Assembly: GCF_006345805.1 (NCBI RefSeq) | Contig: NC_043006.1 | Coordinates: forward strand, 85,250,001-85,314,000 | Direction of reading: 5' to 3' | Source of the DNA: Octopus sinensis | Taxonomy: Eukaryota | DNA: 64,000 bases | Part shown: one piece after another, positions 1 through 12,100 of the stretch | Numbering within the stretch: the stretch's first letter is position 1 | Layout: each line of letters begins with the position of its first letter | Made by a program: the position numbers and the translations under genes | The notes under the pieces: model-generated | The model's database searches: none | Told to the model about the DNA's origin: nothing | What the model saw: only the letters and a program-made list of their open reading frames with translations

Positions 1-195
1 TTACTGGACAATACTCTTTGATTGTTTTAAGTTGCAGCTGCATCCATTTCTATCATTTCTTTGAATCTGCAATTTTCATCTGTTTCTCATTTCATGATGG
101 CTATTTAAGTTTGGCTTTGTTTCGTTTCATTTTTTTTTTCTCTGAGCTATATATTATAGTATTGTGCTTAACAAATAATATGAAAATTATAGAAA

Positions 196-198
<3 letters not shown>

Positions 199-278
<80 letters not shown>
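199..278. repeat. (TA)n microsatellite
   Basis: Near-perfect TA run of about 80 nt. Confidence 0.95.
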
Positions 279-1013
279 GTAGAACTCAATGCAGAGATGG
301 GGAGTAATTTTTATTGCTAAAGCAATGTAAGTCAACATATTGTGTGTGAGCTACCATTGATTTCATGATCTTAGTCTTTCTATATAGTGTTATTCAGTAA
401 TTAATTATCTAATTAGCCTCTTGTAATATTTTCATTACATATATCTAGGAATCCTTATTTTGGGTTAAAACTGGTTTACCAGGTGGCCAGATATTTCTTG
501 GGGTTTTATCTTTTGGGGGATTTTTTTGTTGTTTTTTTAAACAGTTGTTAATTTCTCATTAATCTAGGTATTGATAGAATATGATTGATTCTAATTATTT
601 GTCATGTGATTGCCATTGATTATATCCATATCCAAAGGTAAAAATGGTGCTAGGAAGCATTCTGCAAAGTAAATAGACATACTGTAGGTTCCTTGTCTAT
701 TAATTGCTTCGATAATCTATTAATCAAAGGTTTGCAATTCCTTATTTCATATATTTGAAGCCACCCCACCTCACCACCCACATACCCTGCCATATGATCA
801 AAATAATGTTGCCCTGTCGATTTTGAAACTTTATAAGTAAATTTTTTTTAAAAAAACAATTTTTTAATGTGAACTATTTGGCTGGTATTAATAATTATTG
901 TTGTTGTATAAGTTCACCCTCACCATCTCTTTTCTCTTGCTCTCCAGTTGAAGAAGCCATGTATCTCCTTTTCAGCAAGACGCCTATTCCTATCCCTTTA
1001 TCATTCTTTAATC

Positions 1014-1270
1014 CAGTGGTTCTCAACCAGGATCCATATGGCCCTTGGGGATCCAATATAAGAAGATTCTTTGTTAAAATTTATGAGCAATAAACTGCTT
1101 ATATTTTAACAATACACCAAATATTAAATTTTTTTTTAATACAATTCCTAATAATATCTAATAATAAAACTAGAATAGGATTTTTTAAACATTGAATAGC
1201 TATGAGGGTCCACCAGAGTAAAATACCATCCAAAGAGAATTCATAGATGAAAAATGGTTGAGAACCACTA
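1014..1270. mobile_element. hAT (Charlie-like) MITE
   Basis: TIR CAGTGGTTCTCAACC (1014-1028) / GGTTGAGAACCACTA (1256-1270); degenerate 8-bp TSD ctttaatc / ctttaaca. Confidence 0.7.
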
Positions 1271-1751
1271 CTTTAACATCTCAAGTTATTTGAAACTCAG
1301 CCTTAGATCACGGTAACTGAATGCAGTAAAATGTTCCCTTGATGATCCATTGCAGTTAAGCATCCAAAAGCTATAGGAGCATCCAGTGCTGAGTTTAAGC
1401 TAACTGCAATGGTGATACATATGTCAGGACTTGTAATTTATACTTGTGTTCATCTTAATTTTCCACTACATAAGCTCTATATATCATAACTATTAAGTAC
1501 AGTTGTTGACTAACCACCATACTGGAAGCTGATTGGATAATGATAACTTATGTGGAGCTCTAACTTGTACAATAACAGTTGTACCCCTAATTATACAGAA
1601 AAAATACACACATGTTTATATAGTGGTGAGTTGTCTGAGTTGTTGGATCATCAAAAATCAAAGACCAGTTTGGTACTAGGATCAGTGATATCAACTTACC
1701 TACCATCCCTTCAAAATTGATGGCCTTATGCTTAAAATAAAATTGGTTGTT

Positions 1752-2385
1752 TTAAGGGCTCCAAATTGGTTGAATTGCTAAAGTGTCAAGAAAGAAAAAA
1801 ATGTATTTGTTCATTCTGAGTTCAAATTCCACTGAGGACAACTTTGCTTTTCATCACTCCAAAGTGAATAAAATAAAGTACTAGTATGGCTGGTATTGAT
1901 GTATCTCCTCCTTTTAAAACTTCTGGCCTTTTAACTAAATTACAAATATATGTTGTTGTTGTCAGTATTTAAGGCAGCAAGCTGACAGAATCGTTAGCAC
2001 ACCAGATGAAATGCTTAGTGGTGTTTCATCTGCTGCTACGTTCTGAGTTCAAATTCCACTGAAGTCGACTTTGCCTTTCATTCTTTCGGGTTGATAAATT
2101 AAGTACCAGTGAAACACTAGGGACAACGTAATTGGTTTACCCTGCCCCTGCCTCCAAATTTCATACCTTGTGCCTACAGTAGAAAGGATTATTGTTAGAG
2201 CATTAGACAAAATGCTTAGCAGTTTTTATGTCTTTATGTTCTGGATTCAAATATCAGTTTTGCCTTCCGTCCTTTTGGGATCGATAAGATAATTACTAGT
2301 TGGGCTCAGGGAACAATATAAACAAGTAACTACCTCCTGCTAAAATTGCTGGCCTTGTTCCAAAATTAGAAACCATTATTGTTAA
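1752..2385 (+). mobile_element. Three tandem decayed copies of tRNA-derived SINE family A
   Basis: Repeated core ttctgagttcaaattcc(a/g)c..aggtcgactttgcctttcatcctttcggggtcgataa; best copy about 1971-2190. Confidence 0.8.
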
Positions 2386-3614
2386 TACTTCTACTTATAT
2401 TATTACAGTGAATTCCTTTGAGTTTTAGGCAAGCCCCTGGTGATCCAAAAATCTTCATTTCTGCTTTAGTCTCTCCTGGCTGAAACTATTTTATTTCCTA
2501 CATTGGTAAAATTCCCTCTGGAATGACACCAATATCATTTCCTTTTATTTTTTTTTTTTTCCTTTATATTCAAACCATCTGAGCTTTTATAGCTATGTAC
2601 AAACATTATCATTACATGTCAGATTTTTTTTTTCCCACTGATTTTCATTGATTTTTATCATTAAGTCTCTTGCTACTGCCTTCTGCCAGTTCTCTCCCTT
2701 GTTTCGTCTCAGTTTGTCAAGCTTCTAACCAATCAATGCAAATACACTTCTTTGCTCACTGTTCTGGCATGCTTAATAATTTTTTTCTTTTTTGTTTTTT
2801 TTTAATCTTTCTTTCTCGTTTTTGTTATTTTTGAAAATGTTTAATTTTTAATTCTCTCTTATGCTGGATTTTTCATATTTTTGTTCTGGCATGCAGTTTT
2901 TCGTTTAATTTTAAACTGACTTCTTTTCTTACTTTGTTTTTCTGGAATGAAATGTGACTAAATTCTTTGACTCTTTGAAAATTAGAAGGGGGATAGGAGA
3001 AAAAGAAAAAAAATGCAGTCATAAGAAAAGAAATAAATGAAGAATGAATTTATCACAACGCTTCTATCATAAAAATAAGTTTCTACAAGTTTTTTTTTTT
3101 TTTTTCTTAATACTTATCTTTGGCTAAACTGTTCCATATATTGTCAGATTCATAATACATTAGAATGGTTCAAATCCATCGTGGCTGTCCAAGATATTTG
3201 AGTCAATATGATTAATTTAAACTTGTTATTACCAAAAGGGTTAAATTGATCACACCATTGAAATACACTGCCCTTGTTTTAATTATTTTTTTTAATAATG
3301 AAGAATTTATTAAAATAATTTTGTCGTTATTAAGCTGATATTGGAACATAAATCAACATAAGATTTTAAAGGAAGGTTTAGATCACTTTAAAACAGGTGT
3401 TTGATAAAGATCCAAGCGCAATCTCAAGCAGATTAATATCAAAAGCCAGAACTGAAGTAGGCAAGAAAGGGTTTGTTATTCTAGTGGCACTTGAGAAAGT
3501 ATTAAGAGATGCATATTTATTATTGAGTTTTATTTTCCTTCCTTAATTTTTCTAAATCTTTAGATGTGTAGAAGTAAATATTGTGGAAATCTTCAATCTT
3601 TTTGTTCTCTACAG

Positions 3615-3990
3615 TTGAGACTGTGGGTGCAGTATGGCTGAGTGGTTAAGAAGATTGGTTTGCAAACATAAGGTCGCAGGTTCAATCCCAGTGTGTGATA
3701 TCTTGAGCATATATAATTTTCTATAGCCTTGCATTGACCCTTATCTTGTGAAGGAAGTAGGAAAGACAGGAACTGTACGGAAGCCTGTCAGGTGGATTGT
3801 ACCTGTAATTGGAAAGGTACCACCTTGTCATTGCAGATTCAATTCCACTGCATGATATTTTGGACATTGTGATTTTCCACAGCCTTGCATCAACCCATAC
3901 CTTGTGAGGGAAACAGGGAAGGCGGAGAGAGTACAGAAGCCTGTCAGTTGGGTTGTACTTGTAATTGGAAAGGTACAACCTTGTCACACA
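3615..3990 (+). mobile_element. tRNA-headed SINE with an internal ~157-bp direct duplication (3721-3833 / 3878-3988)
   Basis: A/B-box-like head (tggctgagtgg ... ggttcaatccc); two similar blocks agccttg...agcctgtcag...gtaattggaaaggtac..ccttgtca. Confidence 0.6.
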
Positions 3991-4733
3991 CTTATGTGGA
4001 AAACTCAGTCACGTATACATTAATTCAGGAGCAGGTAATTCAGTAGATCAAACAACTGTACTCATTGTCAAACAGTGATCCACCACCACCACCACCACTA
4101 CTACTGCCACCGAAGTTTAGATTAGGAATATTCACTCTATTATTTCTATCAACATACCATTCAGTTAACATCATAAAGATACAGCTCAGTAATTCATATA
4201 GCGCGTAGTGTGTGTGTGTGAATAAAAGAATTTACTCAACGTTTCTCTGCTTCATTTAACTTCAGCTATTTTCCAGCAGCAGTAAAAACTATAGTAGTCG
4301 CTTTTACCTTCATTTCTCCTGTTTTCTTTTGCCCAAAAGGCATTCTGAATTTTATATTTTCAGAAAAATTTTCTGTCAATCAATATCATTTTATTTTGAA
4401 ACCTCAGTCATCGGATGTAGTTCACTAATGTTTTCTTCTTTGGTTGTTTTTTTTTCTTCTTCTTTTCTTGATCTCAATCTTAAATCATGGAATCAAATCA
4501 GGGTTATTTGAGGAAGAAAAAAAAAAGCAAATTGCTAAGTAAATTAATTTACAGTATTTTGGTATCTTGGCTTTTAGCAATTGGTTTCGATAAATTAGGA
4601 TCAGGTTTATTATCAATTTGATAAAGTGGATTAATAAATTGAGTCATTAGAATAATGAGAACTCAATTTTAAATGATTTGAGGATATATTTGAAAAGTAA
4701 TAACAAAAAAAATAAAGAATACAGTAAATGCAG

Positions 4734-4765
<32 letters not shown>

Positions 4766-4766
<1 letters not shown>

Positions 4767-5320
4767 GAGTGAAAGAGCAGTGCATAACATCAAAGTGACA
4801 CTGGGGTAAAATATATGAAGCCCAGTATATCCACCATGACTACCCGTCTGATAAGGGTACACTAGGCACATGCATCACAACCATATGTGTGCGACATGGT
4901 GATCTCATATCAAGATAAACAGTGCATGACCTTGCGGGTGGGGCCCAGTTGGAATTTTCTTCTGGCCGAGTAACCCATCCCGCTCAAAAGGTCCCTGAAT
5001 AAGGGTTGTTTAAGGATGTTGAACGAAACACCCATGTTTCCAGAGGTGAATTATTCAAACCCCAAAGAATCCTTCTCAACACATGGCTATGATGCTCCCC
5101 CACTACTTCTGCTTGTGATCAGAGATGCAGATATCGTCAGCCACTAAGGGACATGCTCAACTGGTTACAGTCAAATAACTGACAAGCAAATCTGTGGTAT
5201 TGAGCAGAAAATTTACTGTAACCCATCTTTTATACCAAGACAAAATAATATACATGATAACACTTCCAATCAGTTAAGATCAGAAGCCATGAGAGCCACT
5301 GCCTGGTACTGCATCAGGGC

Positions 5321-5323
<3 letters not shown>
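4766..5323. mobile_element. ~558-bp interspersed element embedded in (TTA)n, copy 1
   Basis: Flanked on both sides by (TTA)n; reverse complement of 54303-54813 with the same two ends. Confidence 0.8.
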
Positions 5324-5351
<28 letters not shown>

Positions 5352-6256
5352 GGTGAGCTGGCAGAATCATTACAACACTGCACAAAGTGCCTAACAGCAT
5401 GTTTTTGCCACCTGTTCTGAGCACATACGCTACCAAAGTACTAATTGATGGAATCAACTTGCACCCTCCCCTAAAATTTGCTGGCCTTGTGTCAAAATTA
5501 TTAACCAATATCTCAACTTTATCTTCTGTAAGAAAAGAAATGCTAAAAGCATACTGAGAGAATAGTAAAAATAGTAAAGACAAATAGGTTCTTAGAATGC
5601 AGTAAAGGTATAAATTGAATAACCAGTGTTCTTAATTTATTCCAATGCCACATTGTGACATGCACACCATTTTTACTATTTTTGGTGTTTTATTTCTCTA
5701 TCATAATGCTTCAAGCAAATTACAGCAGACATCTTGAACTGAGAGAATATATGTGTATGCCTGAGTGTGTACTGATATTAGAATAGAATTAGCTTCCATC
5801 AAGTTTCCAGGGATATATTTCCAAAAATGTTCATATTATTCAAAACTATGGTACATATTCTGTATAGCTATTCTGCTTTCCATGTGCTAAAAGTTATCCT
5901 TTTTTTTTTTACTTATCTCAATTTTTTTTTGTTTTTTCAAATATTTAACAATTATTTTGTTAAATCAGATATAAAGTAATTAGTATTCTTTCTACTAGTC
6001 TTTTCTTTAACCATTAAACATTTTTTAAATTAAAATAAACTAAACAAAAAAAATCAAAGAACTTCTTACTTACTATGTTCAAATCTTTTGCCAGCATCAT
6101 AAATCTGAGTTTGCTTATGTTAACAAATCACCTTTCTTTCTTCCTCTCTTTCACTCTCTTCTTACAATTTTTTTTTTCTTACACATTTTTTTTTTTTTTC
6201 GTTCTGTGCATCCATTTTTCATCTTCTCTGCTGATATATATCTCTCCCACATGCAG

Positions 6257-6385
6257 TCTTTGTTGGATTTGCTCGACATTCAGGAGGCAATCAGGGACTT
6301 AGAAAACTGTACTGCTGCTCTACACAGCGACTACGATGATGACACCGACTCAGATTCGGTTACAAGTCAAAAGGGTTCTAACCAG
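6257..6385 (+). CDS. MTSS1: MTSS1/MIM-like internal coding exon A (SLLDLLDIQEAIRDLENCTAALHSDYDDDTDSDSVTSQKGSNQ), phase 0/0
   Basis: Acceptor tctctcccacatgcAG at 6255-6256 (alternative AG at 6282-6283, also in frame). Non-canonical donor CAG|GCAAGA at 6386. 129 nt, joins exon B in frame, and shares a peptide motif and 12 identical nt with exon B. No direct vertebrate homology recognised. Confidence 0.68.
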
Positions 6386-7009
6386 GCAAGACTGATCACC
6401 TCCATACTTAACAATCTCCTCCTCCTCCTCCTTCTTTTCCTCTTCAGTGTTGTTTAATCATTTAGTCATGTTACTACTACTATTACTTATATACATATTG
6501 CTGGGCTAACAACACACTGCAGCAGCTGCAACAATGTCCGCTTTGAGCACATTTCACCAGGGTCACCACAAATATCTTGCCCTTTTTTTTCCTTCCTGCA
6601 TGCTAATGTCTTTGCTATTGACAAAAAATTGAAGCCACTCTTTCTTGAGGAAATGTTCCTTAAATTCTCTAACTGCAGATTTTAAGGGTAGCAGGGGTGT
6701 TTGATCCAACAGCGTCAACTTATGTTAGGCATATTTTCATGATAGCTAACCCTTTTGTTTTCAGATTATTCAATCAGATGTAAAGTTTATTTATTCACAA
6801 TGTCTTAAATTAATAATGTATTATCTCATAGCTTCAAGATTTCAGTAATGCAGTTGTTTAGTCTTTAGAATGACATTGTCGGTTAAGTGTCAAAGGTTAC
6901 ATCTGGTTGGTTTAAACATAAAACCAGTAGAATATTTTGACCAGATGTGGCTAATTTTAAATGTGAAAGTGTTAAATGCTACTATTTAAAAAGGAAAACA
7001 AAATTATAG

Positions 7010-7345
7010 TATCTGGTCAGTGCAATTACATTGGCCTATGTAATTAAGGCCTATGTACAGAAAAAGCCCTGTGAGTGGATTTGGTAGACAGAAACTGAAA
7101 GAAGCCCATCATATATATGTTTATATTTATGTGTGTGTGTCTGTTTGTTCCCACCACCATTGCTTGACAACCGATGCTGATGTGTTTATGTCCTTGTAAC
7201 TTAGTGGTGTGGCAAAAGAGGCCAATAAAATAAGTATTGGGCTAAAAAGAATAAGCCCTGAAGTCGATTTTTTTTTTTACTAAAATCCTTTAAGGCAGTG
7301 CTCCAGCATGGGCCACAGTCAAATGACAAACAAGTAAAAGGATAA
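7010..7345 (+). mobile_element. SINE family B (CORE-like) decayed copy
   Basis: gccctgtgagtggatttggtagacagaaactgaaagaagcc ... ccagcatgg.ccacagtcaaatgac...aagtaaaag. Confidence 0.8.
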
Positions 7346-7660
7346 AAGATTATCTTGAAGAAATGCCATTAGGAAATGTCCCCTTCGTTTTTGCGGTTTC
7401 ACAAACAACTGTTCTTTGTGGAATAACCTTTTCGTTTTATCAGTTCAGTGTAAGAGAACAAATACGACATAGCTTCACATTTGAGGATATCCATTTGGAT
7501 ATATTCAAATGGTTTTGGCTGCATGGCTAAGAAGCTTGTTTCCCAGTTATGTGGTCTCAGGTTTGGTCCCACTGCACAGTACCTTGTGTGAGTGTCTTCT
7601 GCTATAGCTCCAGGCTGACCAAAGCCTTGTGTGTGGAAACTGAGAGAAGTCCATCAATAA

Positions 7661-7709
<49 letters not shown>

Positions 7710-7904
7710 CATATGTAAACAGACTTATTTTTGTTTTTGGAAATGTCAAATGTGTATCGTATTATACAGACAAGAAAGTAATATTTTGGACATAGTATAA
7801 CCATGAAAACAACAGAAAAATTGGGTGTTTTACCCTTATGTGATGGAAAAAGTTGTCAGTGTTCAAAATATTGTTTTTTCTGTCTGTATGATATATATAT
7901 ATAT

Positions 7905-8150
7905 GGTTGCGTGTTTGGGGGTACCCTTGTCCTGACATTTGATGGCTGTAAATGGGCAACACTATCATACATGTAATGTAGTTTGTTTCTAGCCCCCCAT
8001 GAAAGGCTTGTCTGGTCATAGGAAATAATCCCTCACTTGCAAACAAGTGAGGGTTGGTGACAGGAAGGGCATCAGGCCATAGAAAATCTGCCTCAATAAA
8101 TTTCATTGACCCATGCAAGCATGAAAAAGTGAACATTAAAATGATTTTGG
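7905..8150 (+). mobile_element. SINE-like repeat with RTE-type 3' tail (family E)
   Basis: gagggttggtgacaggaagggcatc...cccatgcaagcatgaaaaagtgaacattaaaatgat; related copies at 53345-53583 (+), 53075-53290 (-) and about 62860-63010 (-). Confidence 0.6.
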
Positions 8151-8759
8151 TGATGAAAACAATAACGCTGAGAAATTTCACTGATTTAACGTTGTCTAGT
8201 TGATATTTAGACAAAAAAAATTTTTTTTAAACCCGTGGATAAAACCTTCTGCCAAATATTTTATTCCTTCGTTGTTATTGATAAACTGTACTGTTTGAGC
8301 ACTTGAAAATGTTCGCGGTTAAATCAAGAAAGTGTGGCTTTAGTTTATTGTTATGCTCAGCAGAACACACTCTAGTTCATTTATTGCATGATAAATAAGC
8401 TTTGTACATGGAATGTCTGTATGCCTATATATATATATAGCCTTCATCAGCAATATTTATATCGTAAATAACTCCATGATTGCTATACACACAGATATAA
8501 TTTGTAAACACATTATCAATCATACTCCAATTTGCAGTCAACAACAAAACAAAAAAAAAAGCACCAATTTAAAATTCAAGGTTGGAATGTTTTCAAATTA
8601 ATTTTTTTAAAAGTTGTTTTTATGGAAACATTTTATAGAAAAAGTTTATGATTATAAAAAGAACTAATAACCATATTAGGTACAACATATATAGCAAAAC
8701 CTGAATAAATATATCACGATTTGGAGTGTTTTATAATTATGTGGTAAAAAAATAAAATT

Positions 8760-9105
8760 TAAGAAGCTTGCTTTGCGACCACATGGCTTCAAGTTCAATC
8801 CCATTGCACGACACCTCAGGCAAATGTCTTCTATAGACTCAGACTGACCAATACCTTTCAAATAAATTTGGTAGATGGAAACTGTATGGAATATCGTGTG
8901 TGTATATGTCTTGGTGTTTTTCCTCCAATGCTTAACAACTTCTGTTGGTATGTTAATGTTCATGTAACTTAGCAGTTCAGCAAAACAGACCAGTAAAATA
9001 AGTTCCGAACTTTAAAAGAAGTACTGGGGTAAATTTTATTGACTAAATCCATCAAGGTAGTGCTCCAGCATGGCCACAGTCCAATGCCTGAAACAAGTAA
9101 ACAGT
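8760..9105 (+). mobile_element. SINE family B decayed copy
   Basis: Same head and 3' end as 21119-21510. Confidence 0.75.
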
Positions 9106-12100
9106 AAAATATTTAGATGTTAATTAGACAAAAATAGGTATTATTTCTCAAAAGATTTGCAGAATAGGATTAAAATGGTGTCGCTGATACAAGAGTTGTA
9201 GTGTTGTGTTTAGTGACGCTACCTGCCTAATGATTTTACCATTACAAGACTGTAATTTCAATTCCCAGACCAGGCAACACATTATGTTCTTCAGTGAAAC
9301 ACTTCATTTTGCATCACTCCAGTCCACTCAGCTGATAATGAGTACCAAACGATGCTTGCTCTATTTAGTTTTTACAAGACATATTGTATATTGATAGAAT
9401 ATAGGGGATAATTCTTCAGCAAATGGATTTAGTTTTAATAATACTTCTGTGATTGAATTTAGTTCTAATACTTCCGTGATTGGATTTATATTCAATAATC
9501 CTTCTGTCAATGGATTTATATCCAACGACTGAAATGATTTTATGATAAACTTCTTATTACAATTCATTGGATTTGAATAACAGACTTTGACAGATCTTGG
9601 TTAAGAAATAGATATAAAACTCCAGTAGATTGTTAAGAGTGTATATTTGTGTACACTTACTGACACTCTACTAGTTATGTAATATAAGTATTTTCTATAT
9701 ATATATATATATGAAGACATGTGGCCTAGTGGTTAAGGTGTTGCATTCATGATCGTGAAATTGTGGTTTCAATTCCTAGACCAGGTGATGCATTGTGTTC
9801 TTGAGCAAAACGCTTCATCTCATGTTGCTTTGTGATCACTTCAACACCTAACATGTGGTACACCGCATGTTCAGACATCAATTTGATGGAGGGAGTAAGT
9901 TAATGTCCAGCACATGCATTTGACCACTATAAACAAATCATTTGTGCAGATCATTCAGCAAAGGCTGAACACTCGTCATCTTCGACAGGATAGTCTGTCA
10001 TAGATATAAATGCATATACATACTTTATTGCATTCCTGGTCAATCAGTTGGTTAACCAATTAAAATTAAAAATGCATTTGAATAAGAATATTCTTTGTGG
10101 TATTTGTTCTGTACCGAGTTGTCATTTTCACCATCAGAAATTCAATGACGCAAATGATTAACCATTTGAAAACCTGCAACTAACAATAATAATAATAATA
10201 TCGTTCTTCATCAAATATGCTATACACACACACACATACAGATATATATATATATAGTGCACCTTACGACAATTTTTTGTTTTTTATCATTAACTTAATA
10301 CCTGCATCATGCAATTTGGTGCCAAGTTTTGGCCTCATCAAGACTTCATAACTCATTAAAAGATTAACCTCAGCACCACCATAATAAACACCACGCTACC
10401 ATTTAACATATCCATATATATCACTGCAAACCAAAGAATTTTTTTCTTCCTCTAGCAATCATTTCTTTTGTTCCATCAATCATTTCCTAAATTTATTTCA
10501 GCAAATATTTTTCTTTTTTTCTGCTAAGAGTATCTCACGTGGATCTTCATCAAAAGCACGATACTCCTAGTAATTGCATGGAGGTTTTTACCATTTCTTC
10601 TTTTCACGTTGATATGTCTGTCACTTGCAAAGGAAACTTTACTTTCGGTAGATATTGCATGTACTACTACAACTACACTGATTTATTTTTATATCAAATC
10701 TGCTTTAGATTGTATTAACATTTCAGAAAATCAATCCATTATCTGCTATTTCCGCAAATGGATCTTGTGATTTAAAATTTTCTTTCCCTTTTTTTTTTTT
10801 TCATATATTTAATTTCATTTGTAAAACATTCCAATCAAATTGTATGTTTGGTTGACTTAAAAAATGTTGATATTGTGCATTTGTTGTTCTCAGCCATAAA
10901 ATGCTAGTTGTAACAAAAATCAGAACAAAGACAATGGGGGTAATAATTAAAACCATTTTTTTTTTTAAAGCTTGCCCTTAATACATATATAATCCCTTTT
11001 ACCAATGCAAATAGTTTATATTATATTATATTATATTATACGCCCTTTGTTATTGACCCTACTGATGTTTCTACAATAAAGACAAAACTACTTTTATGAG
11101 CTGCAATGAGAATCATCATAATCATCACCATTTAACACCTGTTTCCATGCTGGCATGGATTGGACAGTTTTGACAGGAACTGACAAGCTGGAGAGCTGAA
11201 CTAGGCTCAAATTATCTGTTTTAGTATGGTTTCTACTGCTGGATGCCCTTCTTAATGCCAACCACTTTACAGAACATACTGGGTTCTTTGTGCGAATATT
11301 CTGTGAAAATAAAGACAGAGAAAAAATATATATATGTGAGGCAGCTGATTAGCAGAGTTATTAGAGCATTGGATAGAATGCTTTGCAGTATTTGTTCTGG
11401 CTTTCTATATAGTCTGAGTTCAAATTTCAGCTAGGTCAACTTTGTTTCACCCTTCTGGGGTCAATAAATAAACTACCATCCACAATGCCATTACAGCTTT
11501 CTCTCTCCAGTTGTAACATTCAAGATATTCAACTAGGTCGAGGGTGGGCAGACAAAAGAGTGTCTGCATCTGTTCACAACTGCATGGGTAACTAAATTAA
11601 TGAAAGTCCGATATATAATACAAAGCCATCCTTGAATGCAGTTGAGGGCCAGGTTATATGGCCCTTTCTCTTATACTCTAACCTCTCATCCCTTAGCATA
11701 AATCAACCTACCTCTTTACTGTAGCCCTGCTGAGTGGAAGGGGATCTTAGGCTTGCAAGTTGCATGTTAACGTCACTAATTGCTCATGTTATGAGAAAAC
11801 ACCCAGTACAGTCTAAAGTGATAAATCCATTAGGAGAGGCATGCAGCCATAGAAACCATGCAAAGCAGACGCTGGTGCTTGATGTAGTCCTTAGACTTCT
11901 TGGGTCCTGGCAAACCGCCCAACTCATGCCAGCATGTGCAGTGGATGTTAAACGATGATGAGATGATATATATGTTTATATATCTCAAAGAAATTACTAG
12001 TGCTGGTCCCACGATAAAAGCACTCAATACACTCTTGTAAAGTGTTAAGAATTATGTGAAGCATTACAAACCATGTCCGAGTGAAACATCTATAAAGACA

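Noticed and set aside
18-320. 100-aa ORF with a YIYI run (also 7547-7804, 21816-22147, 32482-32836, 33170-33512)
   Set aside because: The frames are held open by (TA)n/(TG)n microsatellites; no coding signal.
921-1010. Strong polypyrimidine tract + AG at 946-947 suggesting another MTSS1 exon
   Set aside because: No convincing donor, no MTSS1-like peptide in any frame, and it runs into a hAT MITE.
4080-4520. Non-repetitive block that might be an internal promoter or 5' exon
   Set aside because: No diagnostic promoter or splice pattern; cannot be supported without transcript data.
7762-8214. 150-aa minus-strand ORF
   Set aside because: Mostly the antisense of a family E repeat plus AT-rich flank.
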